This document shows, one piece after another, positions 25,559-34,757 of a stretch of 64,000 bases of DNA (its first letter is position 1; each line of letters starts with the position of its first letter). Under the pieces are notes generated by a model. The model worked only from the letters and a program-made list of their open reading frames with translations, searched no databases and was not told where the DNA came from. Made by a program: the position numbers and the translations under genes. This DNA is from Planctomycetota bacterium (GTDB taxonomy: Bacteria > Planctomycetota > OFTM77), in NCBI GenBank assembly GCA_040219065.1, contig JAVJTD010000031.1, forward strand, positions 32,236 through 96,235, written 5' to 3'.

Positions 25559-25800
25559 GGAGTGCCCAAGCCGAGCGAGTCAGTGACCGAGTCTGCCGGT
25601 GAGCGCTTTGCGCAAGCGAGCTTGGACCCTCCAGTTGCGCCGGGCCACGACGTTGCAGCGAGAGCGTCTACTCAAAAGGCACCCTTGCTCGGAGCCTCAC
25701 AGCTCGGTCGTCAGCGCTGTCGAGGAAGCGACATCCAGCTCGGTGACCGCTCCCCGTTTCGGTCGCGCGGGCTCTGGTTTTGGTCGCCCGCGCTCCCAGT
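25559..25800. repeat. about 240-nt repeated intergenic element, copy 1 (candidate structured sRNA or MITE-like repeat)
   Basis: Shares GGAGTGCCCAAGCCGAGCGAG.C.GTGACCG, GCGAGCTTGG.CCC and GTCGAGGAAGC..CCAGCTCGGTGAC.GCT.CCCGTTTCGGTCG.GCGGGCTCTGGTTT blocks with 48596..48815. The central part is variable. Confidence 0.6.
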
Positions 25801-25808
25801 GGCTCCGA

Positions 25809-26900
25809 TCACACGGGGGGCCGCCCCTTTTGGCGATGGCTGGCGCCGAGCTGGGTGGCGAGCTCGATGACGCGGGAGCGGATGGCCTGACCCAGGTCGT
25901 CGAGCGGGTGGACCTCATCGGCGACACCGTTGTCGATCACGGCCTGTGGCATCGACGTCGCCACGCAGGTCGCAGGATCCTGCACGAGGATTCGGCCCCC
26001 GCTCCTCTTGATCGAGACGGCTCCACTCGCCCCGTCGCGCCCCATCCCGGTCAGGACGACTCCGATCCCGAAGCTGCCCCAGGTGTCGGCCACGCTTCGG
26101 AAGAGAGGGTCGGCGGCGGGCCGCACGAAGTTCTCCGTCGGACCGTCGTTCAGTGCCAGCTTGGGGCTCTTGCTGGATTCGAGCACGAGGTGTCGATCTC
26201 CCGGAGCGAGGTAGAGCTTGCCCGGCGCGCACTCTTCGCCCTTCTCGGCCAAGCGGACCTCGAGCTCGGTGTCCCTCTGGAGCCGCTCGGCGAAGTTCGA
26301 GAGCATCCAAGCCGGGCCGTGCTGGACCAAGAAGAAGGCGGCAGGGAGGTTGCCACTGAGGCGCGGCAGGATTGCCGAGAGAGCGCCTGGGCCCCCCGTG
26401 CTCGATGCGATGCAGACACCGAGGAAGCTCGGAACGTCGGCGCGTGGAAGACCCGAGGCCGCGTTCTCGAGGCGGCGGCCTGACGAGGGAGGCCGGTCCT
26501 CGAAGGAAGCCGCAGTCGGTTGCGGCAGGCCGAGCTGGTCGGCCAATCGGCGAGCGATCTGATCGGGGGAGCAAGGCTTGGCGATGAAGTCGTTGGCGCC
26601 GGCATCGAGCGCGTGGGTCCTGGCCTCGGCCGAGTCCAAGGACGTCAGCACGGTGAGCCACGGGACCGGATCGATCTCGGCGCGGATGCGCCGGAGCAAC
26701 CGCATGCCGTTGACGCGAGGTAGGATCCAGTCGGTGAGCACGGCGTCGAATCGACCGCGGCGGAGGATCTCCCAGGCCTCGACTCCGTCTTCGGCGACGG
26801 ACACATCGAACCCGGCCCGGCCCAGTCCTCGCTCCAGGATCAAGGCGACGGTGCGATCATCCTCGACGATCAAGATGCGAGCTCTTGAAGACGCCTTCAC
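25809..26900 (-). CDS. cheB: chemotaxis response regulator protein-glutamate methylesterase CheB (copy 1)
   Basis: N-terminal receiver (ILIVEDD...D...K) and C-terminal methylesterase with the GMGRDG motif. Confidence 0.85.
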   Translation of the reverse strand: MKASSRARILIVEDDRTVALILERGLGRAGFDVSVAEDGVEAWEILRRGRFDAVLTDWILPRVNGMRLLRRIRAEIDPVPWLTVLTSLDSAEARTHALDAGANDFIAKPCSPDQIARRLADQLGLPQPTAASFEDRPPSSGRRLENAASGLPRADVPSFLGVCIASSTGGPGALSAILPRLSGNLPAAFFLVQHGPAWMLSNFAERLQRDTELEVRLAEKGEECAPGKLYLAPGDRHLVLESSKSPKLALNDGPTENFVRPAADPLFRSVADTWGSFGIGVVLTGMGRDGASGAVSIKRSGGRILVQDPATCVATSMPQAVIDNGVADEVHPLDDLGQAIRSRVIELATQLGASHRQKGRPPV

Positions 26901-27046
26901 TTTTGCCTTCCGAATCTTCGAATCGGGGACTTCGAGCCGTGAGCGGCCCTGCCGGAACGGTCACTGTCACCGAGTGCCCGGGCCGCCGCCGCCCGGTCGT
27001 CTTGCTCGAGGGCAAGACCTCCAACAAAGAGGGAGGGAGGAGCCGA

Positions 27047-27547
27047 TCACCCGTTGTAGCTTTGTCGAATGATGTGGAGCTGAGCATCCACCGGACCCAG
27101 GCTCATCTGGGTGACCGAATGCTCGTAGGAGCCGTTGAGCTCGATGCGACCGTGCAGGAACACGGGCAGACCTAGCCGGATGCTCGGCTCGCGCTCGATC
27201 AGGCGACCCTTGACGACGCCGGCGAGGATGTTGACGATCTCACCCAAGGCATCGACCATGTCGCTCGGATCGAGCTCGCCGTCCTCGGGCTCCATGCACA
27301 GGAGCGCCCTTGCGATCTCCTCGCAACCCTGGCTTCGAGCGATCACGCCGATCTGGACGGAGACGCCCTCACTGACCATCGGGATGTAGGCACCCGAGAC
27401 CCCATCGGGGAGCTGGTCCTGGTCGTAGACGCGGAACTCCACGTCGGAGTAGCCGAGAGCCGTCGTGGCGAACTCCTCGACGGCCGCCCGAGTGGCATCG
27501 GTCCAGTCCTGGATGGTGACTGGTGTCAGTTCCTGGGGCTCACTCAT
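27047..27547 (-). CDS. cheX: CheX/CheC-family chemotaxis phosphatase
   Basis: CheC-like consensus DALGEIVNILAG. Its 167-aa size and position next to cheY support the call. Its start overlaps the cheY stop. Confidence 0.6.
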   Translation of the reverse strand: MSEPQELTPVTIQDWTDATRAAVEEFATTALGYSDVEFRVYDQDQLPDGVSGAYIPMVSEGVSVQIGVIARSQGCEEIARALLCMEPEDGELDPSDMVDALGEIVNILAGVVKGRLIEREPSIRLGLPVFLHGRIELNGSYEHSVTQMSLGPVDAQLHIIRQSYNG

Positions 27548-27906
27548 GACATCACCGAGTTGAGAGCTTCCTGGAAGGTCTCGACCGTGAACGGCTTGGT
27601 GATGAAGAACATCGCCCCATTGTCGGACGCCAGCTTGTGCATCGCGGGCGTGCCCTCGGAGGTGACGAAGCCGAACTTCACGGTCGTGCCGGCCTCGTTG
27701 AGGTTGCGCAGGAGATCGATGCCGTTCATCTCCGGCATGTTCCAGTCGCACAGGATGAGATCCGGCGTACCATTCTGCACCAGGCCGAGCGCCTCCTTGC
27801 CGTTGGCAGCCTCTTCGACCGAGTGCTCGCCGAAGCCCGCCTGACGCAGGGTCCGCCTGACGATCATTCGCATGGCCTTGCTGTCGTCGACGATCAGGAT
27901 CTTCAT
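27544..27906 (-). CDS. cheY: chemotaxis response regulator CheY
   Basis: 120-aa single receiver domain: MKILIVDDS, phospho-acceptor D in LILCDWNMPEMNG and a conserved K in TKP. Confidence 0.85.
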   Translation of the reverse strand: MKILIVDDSKAMRMIVRRTLRQAGFGEHSVEEAANGKEALGLVQNGTPDLILCDWNMPEMNGIDLLRNLNEAGTTVKFGFVTSEGTPAMHKLASDNGAMFFITKPFTVETFQEALNSVMS

Positions 27907-28039
27907 CGTTCTTCCCCTCGATGATGGGTCTTGGATGTTCGGGCCGAAGCTCGGCCCCGGCGTAGAAGGCCGCCCGAAGGGCGGACCGTGGCATTTTCGA
28001 GTGATCGGATCGCACCTCGGGTGGCGACCCGCGCAATGA

Positions 28040-28864
28040 TCATTCCTTCAAACGAAAACAGGCCGTCTTGACCTCCGGGACGGTCTCGAAGGCCTCTCCC
28101 GCCGCCAGCGTCATCTCTGGTGCCCCCAGGAACAAGAACCCGTCCGGCCGGAGCCGGGGTCGAATGGCCTGCAGGACGTTCCTCTTGGTCTCCGGGCTGA
28201 AGTAGATGAGCACGTTGCGCAAGAAGATGAGATCGAAGGGCTCACCCCGCACCGGGAGATTCAACAGGTTCAAGGACCGGAACGTGACGAGCTCGGTGAC
28301 CTCCGGGTGCAGCGCCCAATCGTTGCCGTCCTTGACGAAATACTTCTGCAGGTACATCGACGGCAGACCACGCCCCACCTCGAGGCTGGAGAAGCGACCG
28401 CGACGAGCACGCTCGATGACCAGCTCCGAGATGTCGGTGGCCAGGATCGAGATGTCCCAGCTCGCAAGGTCATTGAACTTCTCGAGGATCGTCATCGCGA
28501 TGCTGAAGGGCTCTTGTCCCGTCGAGCAGGCCGCGCTCCAGATGCGGATCCTCTTGTCCTCCCGGCGCGACCTTCGCAGCATCGGGAGGATGACCTCGTT
28601 CAAGGCATCGAAGGGCGTTTGGTCGCGAAAGAACGACGTCTCGTGCGTCGCCATCGCATGAACGATGCGATCGGTGACCGGCGAGCTCGGCGTCGATTCG
28701 GCGGCACTCAGCAGCGCATGGGCCGAGTCTTGTCCCGAGGCTCTCGCCAGCTCCGAGAGTCGGAACTCGATCAGGTAGTTCTTCCCCTCGTCGAGCACGA
28801 TTCCCGAGCGCTTTCGAACCAGATCGCGAACGAACTGGTACTGTTGAGCGGACAAAGAGCTCAT
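28040..28864 (-). CDS. cheR: chemotaxis protein methyltransferase CheR (copy 1)
   Basis: CheR N-terminal helical domain plus SAM-MTase core (IWSAACSTGQEPFSIAM, LRNVLIYF). The start is set at MSSLSAQQ; upstream extensions in the ORF track are rejected. Confidence 0.85.
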   Translation of the reverse strand: MSSLSAQQYQFVRDLVRKRSGIVLDEGKNYLIEFRLSELARASGQDSAHALLSAAESTPSSPVTDRIVHAMATHETSFFRDQTPFDALNEVILPMLRRSRREDKRIRIWSAACSTGQEPFSIAMTILEKFNDLASWDISILATDISELVIERARRGRFSSLEVGRGLPSMYLQKYFVKDGNDWALHPEVTELVTFRSLNLLNLPVRGEPFDLIFLRNVLIYFSPETKRNVLQAIRPRLRPDGFLFLGAPEMTLAAGEAFETVPEVKTACFRLKE

Positions 28865-29967
28865 GTGACGGGTCTCGAGGTCGGGTCGATGCGGGGCGCG
28901 GGGCTCGCTCCTCGTCCGGCCTGCGCCGCCCGTGTGAGGCGCGGGGCAACCTGGCCGAGGGGCACGACGTCGTCGGCGAGGCCGGCTTGGGCAACGGCGC
29001 CTGGCATCCCCCACACGATCGAGGTCGCCCGGTCTTGCACGAGGACTCTCGCTCCGGCGGCCTTGAGCGTTTGCGCTCCGAGGAGACCATCCTGTCCCAT
29101 GCCCGTGAGCACGACGCCCAGGACACGGTTTCCGAACACCTCCACCGCCGACTGGAAGAGCACGTCGGCCGCCGGGCGGCAGGAGTTCACCGGCTCGGTG
29201 TCGGTGAGAGCCGTCTCGATCTGGATTCCTTGACGCCGCACCGTCAGGTGCCGTCCGCCGGGCGCGATCCAGATCTGGTTCGGTCCCAGCACCTCGCCGC
29301 CTTGGGACTCCCGCACCTCGAGCGGCGTCTGGGCATCGAGCCTCTGCGCCAGGAGTTGAGTAAAGGTCGGCGGCATGTGCTGCACGATCAGGATCGGGAT
29401 CGGCAGCGTGGCCGGGAATTGGGAGACGATGTCCGCCAGAGCGTTCGGGCCACCGGTGGACACGGCGACGACGATCGCGTCGACCTTCTGCGACGGTGCT
29501 GCCGCCGGGGAAGTCGCATTGAGCGTGGTAGCGGCAACCGCGAGGCCCACTGGACGCAGTCGTCCGCACAGCGCCTTGATCTTGGGAATCAGGTCTTGGC
29601 GGATGCGGTCCATCGCCGTGCTCACGCTGCCGACGTTGGCGGGTTTGGCGACGTAGTCGGAGGCACCGCGCGAGAGCGCCTCGAGCGTGGCAGCGGCACC
29701 GCGCTCGGTGCGCGTGCTGAACATGATCACGGGAAGCCGCGGCCATTTCTTGCGGATCTCGGAGACCGTCTCGAGACCGTCGAGCACCGGCATCTCGACA
29801 TCGAGGATCACGACGTCCGGCTGCACCTGCTCGATACGGGTCAAGCCGACTCTTCCGTTCGGTGCGGTTCCCGCGACCAACAGCTCTGGATCATCCGAGA
29901 GCACGTTGGTCAGCATGCGCCGCACGACGATCGCGTCATCGACGATGAGGACACGCAGCTTGTTCAT
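28861..29967 (-). CDS. cheB: CheB methylesterase (copy 2)
   Basis: Receiver domain (VLIVDDA...VILDVEMPVLDG) plus methylesterase with GMGQDG. Confidence 0.85.
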   Translation of the reverse strand: MNKLRVLIVDDAIVVRRMLTNVLSDDPELLVAGTAPNGRVGLTRIEQVQPDVVILDVEMPVLDGLETVSEIRKKWPRLPVIMFSTRTERGAAATLEALSRGASDYVAKPANVGSVSTAMDRIRQDLIPKIKALCGRLRPVGLAVAATTLNATSPAAAPSQKVDAIVVAVSTGGPNALADIVSQFPATLPIPILIVQHMPPTFTQLLAQRLDAQTPLEVRESQGGEVLGPNQIWIAPGGRHLTVRRQGIQIETALTDTEPVNSCRPAADVLFQSAVEVFGNRVLGVVLTGMGQDGLLGAQTLKAAGARVLVQDRATSIVWGMPGAVAQAGLADDVVPLGQVAPRLTRAAQAGRGASPAPRIDPTSRPVT

Positions 29968-30115
29968 GTCGGATCCTTGCCTGGCTGCACTCGATCTCGC
30001 GCCGCCGGCTGGGCGGTCGCCCCCAGAGACACTGGCGCCGAACCGCGAAGACGACTCGGCACCTGGACCAGCTCCTGGTCTCGAAGAGCCGGCCGGAGCA
30101 GAGCCCTTTTCGCGA

Positions 30116-30598
30116 TCACTTCAAGTAGAGCGAGATCCGACCATCGCTGTATCCGGGCACCGACACCCGGAAGTGGTCGTTGACCTCGGAATCGTCGCAG
30201 AAGTCGACGGTGCGCTCATCGGCCGGATTGCCCGGCGACAGCACCTTCGAGAGGCGGATGCGGGACGGGCCGTGGAACAGGTTCACGCACACGTTGAGCA
30301 CTTCGCTCACGTTCTCGAAGATGTTCTCGGGGATCTGCGAAGTGCGAATGCAGTCTTCCGCCACGCCCGGCGGGATGAGCGCCAGGGCGGCGCCCATGCT
30401 GCTGCTGAGCGGCAGATCGATGACGCAAACGGCCACCGTGTTCTCTTCCGCATCCTGATAGACGGCGACGGTCAGCGGCTGCGCGCAGTCGGGCTCGAGG
30501 GCCGAGCCGCCCGCGTTGACCGTGACCTCCTTGCCCAGGAGGCTGGTCAGCGTCTTACGGACGTCATCCTGATCCGGCAAGCTGTACGAGTCGGACAT
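30116..30598 (-). CDS. hypothetical 160-aa protein within the che operon (weak CheC/CheX-like E-x2-N signature)
   Basis: ENIFENVSEVLNVCVNLF resembles the CheC-family E..N motif. It is not a CheD or CheW match, so function is unassigned. Confidence 0.35.
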   Translation of the reverse strand: MSDSYSLPDQDDVRKTLTSLLGKEVTVNAGGSALEPDCAQPLTVAVYQDAEENTVAVCVIDLPLSSSMGAALALIPPGVAEDCIRTSQIPENIFENVSEVLNVCVNLFHGPSRIRLSKVLSPGNPADERTVDFCDDSEVNDHFRVSVPGYSDGRISLYLK

Positions 30599-30724
30599 GT
30601 TCTGTGTTGCTCCGTTCTCATTCCTGTGCCGAGCAGCCTGAGAGAGGCAGTCTCTGTCCCCCGTCTCGCGCGAGGGGGCGTTCGTCCAAGCTGATCCCTA
30701 CATCGGCCAAGCCAGAAGCCCGGC

Positions 30725-31579
30725 TCAAAGTGGAATCGTCTTCCGTCCTCCGGGAGGTGGCGTCGGCCCCGAGCGCTGGAAGTACCCGGCCTTTCCCAAT
30801 CCGCGCCGCTCGATGGTCGTGTCGAAGCCCTGCAAGCTCTCTCCGTTTCCCAGGAAGAGGGCTCCGTCGGGCCGCAGCACGCTCTCGACCTCGCTCACGA
30901 CTCGGCGCTTCGTATCGATGTCGAAGTAGATCAGCACATTGCGAATGAAGACGATGTCGAACGGTTCGAGCGGAGGAAGCTTCTGCACGAGGTTCATCTG
31001 TCGAAACTCCACCGCCTGGCGCAGGCTCGGCTCGATGCGGAAGCCCCGTCCATCCGGGTGGAAGTACTGTTCCACTTGTTTCTGAGTCAGCCCGCGATGG
31101 ACCTCGACCGCGGTGTACCAGCCTTCGCGCGCCCGCTCGAGGGCACGCTGCGACAGGTCGGTCGCCAGGACCTCGAGCTCCCATCCGAGTAGCTCGGGGC
31201 AGCTCTCGCGAATCGCGATCACCAGGCTGTAGGGCTCCTGTCCCGTCGAGCAGGCCGCGCTCCAGATCCGCAAGCGCCGACGATCCTGACGAGCGCGGAT
31301 CAGGGCGGGAAGCACTTCGTGAGTGAGGACCTGGAAAGGGAACACGTCGCGAAAGAAGAAGGTCTCGTTCGTCGTCATCGCGTCGACGACCCGGCTCTGC
31401 ATGGCGGCCCAGCCGGCATGCAGCCCGTCGAGGATCTCCTCGAGTGAGCGCCCCTCGTCTCGTGCCAAGCGCTCCAGGCGCATCTCGACGAGGTAACTCT
31501 TGTCGGTCGGCAGGAGGATCCCTGAATCCGACTCGACGAGGCGACGGATCACCTCGAAATCGCGTGGCTGGATCGGCAT
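30725..31579 (-). CDS. cheR: CheR methyltransferase (copy 2)
   Basis: IWSAACSTGQEPYSLVIA and IRNVLIYF motifs. The start is set at MPIQPRDFE. Confidence 0.85.
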   Translation of the reverse strand: MPIQPRDFEVIRRLVESDSGILLPTDKSYLVEMRLERLARDEGRSLEEILDGLHAGWAAMQSRVVDAMTTNETFFFRDVFPFQVLTHEVLPALIRARQDRRRLRIWSAACSTGQEPYSLVIAIRESCPELLGWELEVLATDLSQRALERAREGWYTAVEVHRGLTQKQVEQYFHPDGRGFRIEPSLRQAVEFRQMNLVQKLPPLEPFDIVFIRNVLIYFDIDTKRRVVSEVESVLRPDGALFLGNGESLQGFDTTIERRGLGKAGYFQRSGPTPPPGGRKTIPL

Positions 31580-31640
31580 GGTAGACTCCCCTCGGGCACG
31601 CATCCGGCTCGGACGCAGGCCCTCCCCAAGGACACCCGGC

Positions 31641-34217
31641 TCAGATTCGGAACTGATCGACCAGCATTTGCAGCTCGCCGGCGAGGCGTGACAGCTCGGA
31701 GGCGGCTGTCCGATTGGACTCGACTCCCGCGCTCGTGCTCTGCGCCACCCGCGCGACCGCCGTGACGTTCTGCGCGATCTCACCACTTCCGGAAGCCGCC
31801 TCGGAGATGTTGCGGCTGATCTCGTTGGTCGTGGCCGTCTGCTCCTCGACCGCGCTGGCGATCGTGTTGGAGATGTCGTTGATGCGATCGATGACCGAGC
31901 TGATCTCCTCGATCGCCTCGACGGCGCTCTTGGTATCGCCCTGGATCGTCTCGATCTTCTGGCTGATGTCCTCGGTCGCCTTGGCCGTCTCCTTGGCGAG
32001 CTCCTTGACCTCGTTCGCGACGACGGCGAACCCCTTGCCGGCTTCACCGGCGCGGGCGGCCTCGATCGTCGCGTTGAGGGCGAGCAGGTTGGTCTGCTCC
32101 GCGATCGAAGTGATCACCTTGATGACGTTGCCGATCTCGGTGCTGCTCTCGCCCAGCTTGGCCACGGTCATGTTGGTGGTCTGGGCGACGCGCACGGCGG
32201 CCGTCGCGACGCGAGCGGCCTCGTTCGAGTTCTCGGCGATCTCGCGGATGCTCGCCGACATCTCCTCGACACCGGTCGCCACCGACTGCACGTTGTGCGA
32301 CACCTGGCTCGCCGCGCCCGAGACGAGCTCGGCCTGGCTGCAGGTCTCGTTCGCGTTGTCGCCGATCTGAGCGCTCACCTGCTCGAGGGAGCTTCCCGCC
32401 GCCGCCAAGGCGCCCGAGTTCTGAGCGATGGAGCCCAGGCTGGCGCGCAGCCTTTGGAAGAAGCGTCCGAGCGCCGCCCCGATCTGACCGATCGCATCGT
32501 CGCCATCCATCGGCACGGTCTGGGTCAAGTCACCCGACTCGGCCGCATTGACGACATCGAGGATGCTGTCGACTCGTCGGTGCAACGCCTCGGCCGCTAT
32601 GCGCTCACGCTCGCTGGCCGTGCGCAGCTCTTCTTGGCGGCGCAGCTCGTCAGTGACCTCCTGCCAGATCAACATCCGGCCAAGGTCGCGACCCTCCCGG
32701 TCGGTGACCGTCGAACCGAAGACACGGAAGGCATCGTGGTCGAGCTGAATGACGGTGTCCAAGCTGTCGTCGCCGTCGCCCGCGACCCAGGCCTCGAGGC
32801 TTCCGGCGCGATGGCAGAAGTCGTCGAAGCTCGCCCGCCCCGACTGCAGCGCGCTCGCGGTGAACATCGATCCGTGAGCATCGGCGAGCTGACGGAGTGC
32901 CCGGTTCGAGAAGCGAATGCGTCCCGAGGAGTCGAGCAGCAGAGTCGGCGTCGGCGAGAACTGCACCATCGCCGAGACGCGCTCGACCTCTTGGCGCTGG
33001 CCGGCGAGCTCGGACCAGTCGACCCGCTCGGAGCCGAGGGCCGAGCGAATATCGGTGAGCGCCTCGTCCAGCGCGCTCGCCATCGAGCCGATCTCGTTCG
33101 AGCTCTTCTTCGAGAGGCGGCTGCTCAGGTCACCGCCCCGGAGGCGGTCGACGGCCTCGCGAATCTCGCGCACCGGCTGGGTGATTCCGTTCGAGACGAA
33201 TACACCGGCGCCGACGAGCAAGACGAGCAGGACAAGGCCCACCGTGGCGAGCGACGACCGCAGGGAAGAGATGGAGGCGAAGGCCTCCTCGGCGTCCTGC
33301 CGGACGAGGACCGACCAGCCGAGGCCATCGAAGTCGCCGAAGCCCTCGGAGTGGGCAAAGCCGACGATGTGCTGCGATCCTCCCGGTGCGTCCTCGAGCT
33401 TGAAGCCGGCCTTGCCCTGCACCGCGAGCTGGGCCGCTTCGATGCCGAGACGGGTCGGGTTCACGTCACCGAGGATCATCGCGGCATCGAGATCATCGAC
33501 GACGAAGCCCTCGCGATTCAGCACTTGAGTGTGCGCCGACCCGAATCCGTGCGAGGCGAGCTGCTTGCGGAAGTCGGCCGCGATGTCGCGCACGACAACC
33601 GCCTGTGAGGCGCAGGCGAGCCAGACGCGCGAGACGGCGCCACCGGGGGCGTAGACCGGAGCGGCGATCTGGACCACCAGGCCCCGACCACCCGTCGCTC
33701 GCGCGACCGCCTTGTCGGCGACCAGATCCGACATCCACCAGCCAGCGCTTCGCGGCAAGCGAAGCCCTTTCTCGAACCACTCTTGGCCTTGGACGCTCGT
33801 GCCGACCAAAGAGGCCGCATCGAGCGGACGGCCATCGTGGTCGAGCTCGCTGGTCGCGAGGACCTTGCCGTCGCGGTCGGCGACCAGCACGAGGTCATAG
33901 CTCGGATCGAGGAGCGACAGCTCTGCCGCGGCCGCGGACAGCTCCTGCGGAGTCTCCAGGCCGGTAGAATGGGCCGCCAAGGACTCGACGAGCCGGGCGC
34001 GGTCCCTGAGCCCGCGATCCATCAGATCGAGCATTGAGACCGCCAATCCCTCGAGGCGCTCGCCCGAGTCCTCGATCAGCGCCTCCCGGGCCCGGCCCAT
34101 GGAGAGCACGGCGACGACGACCGCCGGCACCATCCCCAGGACCAGGAACGAGAAGATCAGCCTCGAGCGCAAGCTCGTCAGGATCGACCCGGAAACACCT
34201 TCACTCGACTTGATCAT
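31641..34217 (-). CDS. methyl-accepting chemotaxis protein with a large periplasmic sensor, HAMP and additional cytoplasmic modules
   Basis: N-terminal TM, a roughly 300-aa extracytoplasmic region and a second TM. HAMP ([18 protein letters not shown]) and a canonical MCP signalling domain ([31 protein letters not shown]). Confidence 0.85.
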   Translation of the reverse strand: MIKSSEGVSGSILTSLRSRLIFSFLVLGMVPAVVVAVLSMGRAREALIEDSGERLEGLAVSMLDLMDRGLRDRARLVESLAAHSTGLETPQELSAAAAELSLLDPSYDLVLVADRDGKVLATSELDHDGRPLDAASLVGTSVQGQEWFEKGLRLPRSAGWWMSDLVADKAVARATGGRGLVVQIAAPVYAPGGAVSRVWLACASQAVVVRDIAADFRKQLASHGFGSAHTQVLNREGFVVDDLDAAMILGDVNPTRLGIEAAQLAVQGKAGFKLEDAPGGSQHIVGFAHSEGFGDFDGLGWSVLVRQDAEEAFASISSLRSSLATVGLVLLVLLVGAGVFVSNGITQPVREIREAVDRLRGGDLSSRLSKKSSNEIGSMASALDEALTDIRSALGSERVDWSELAGQRQEVERVSAMVQFSPTPTLLLDSSGRIRFSNRALRQLADAHGSMFTASALQSGRASFDDFCHRAGSLEAWVAGDGDDSLDTVIQLDHDAFRVFGSTVTDREGRDLGRMLIWQEVTDELRRQEELRTASERERIAAEALHRRVDSILDVVNAAESGDLTQTVPMDGDDAIGQIGAALGRFFQRLRASLGSIAQNSGALAAAGSSLEQVSAQIGDNANETCSQAELVSGAASQVSHNVQSVATGVEEMSASIREIAENSNEAARVATAAVRVAQTTNMTVAKLGESSTEIGNVIKVITSIAEQTNLLALNATIEAARAGEAGKGFAVVANEVKELAKETAKATEDISQKIETIQGDTKSAVEAIEEISSVIDRINDISNTIASAVEEQTATTNEISRNISEAASGSGEIAQNVTAVARVAQSTSAGVESNRTAASELSRLAGELQMLVDQFRI

Positions 34218-34309
34218 TGCCCTCGCGACCTTCCTCGCTACTTCGTTCCCGCACCCATGGGGGGCAACTCGTGAATCGTGTCTTCTTCTCTTCGTCCGAT
34301 GGACTGCTG

Positions 34310-34756
34310 TCACCCGAGAAACGAGCCGGCACCGCAGAGGATCGCCCGCTCGACATCGAGGATCAGGAGTAGTCGACCGTCGAGCTTGTAAGCTCCTCGG
34401 ATCAGGTCCCTCGCCTCGCCTTGCAGGGTCTCCGGCGGCCTCTCGAAGGCCTCCTCCTCGACCTCGAGCACGTCGCCGATCTCATCGACGAGAAAGCTCA
34501 CGGCGCTGTCGCCGGTTCGGATCACGACGTTCATCGGAAGCTGGCCTTGGGGGCGGGGCGACAGGCCGAGGCGTCTCCGAAGATCGATCGCGGTCACGAT
34601 CTGGCCCCGCAGGTTGATCAGCCCCTCGACGACCCCGGGTGCCAAGGGCACGTGAGTCATCTGCTGGTAGCGGATCACCTCCTGGACCTTCAGCACCTCG
34701 ACGCCAAAGAACAGGCCGTCGAGGCAGAACGTGCAGAACTGCTGGGCTTCGGTCAT
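34310..34756 (-). CDS. cheW: CheW coupling protein
   Basis: 148-aa single CheW-like domain ([21 protein letters not shown]). Confidence 0.85.
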   Translation of the reverse strand: MTEAQQFCTFCLDGLFFGVEVLKVQEVIRYQQMTHVPLAPGVVEGLINLRGQIVTAIDLRRRLGLSPRPQGQLPMNVVIRTGDSAVSFLVDEIGDVLEVEEEAFERPPETLQGEARDLIRGAYKLDGRLLLILDVERAILCGAGSFLG

Positions 34757-34757
34757 C

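Noticed and set aside
25559-25800. The 240-nt repeat as a known housekeeping ncRNA (tmRNA, RNase P, SRP, 6S) or a riboswitch.
   Set aside because: No match to the conserved cores of those RNAs as I recall them. There are two dispersed copies in unrelated gene contexts.
30116-30598. Calling this che-operon gene cheD.
   Set aside because: It lacks the CheD-family Cys/His catalytic context and glycine-rich motifs. Only its position suggests it, so it is left unassigned.
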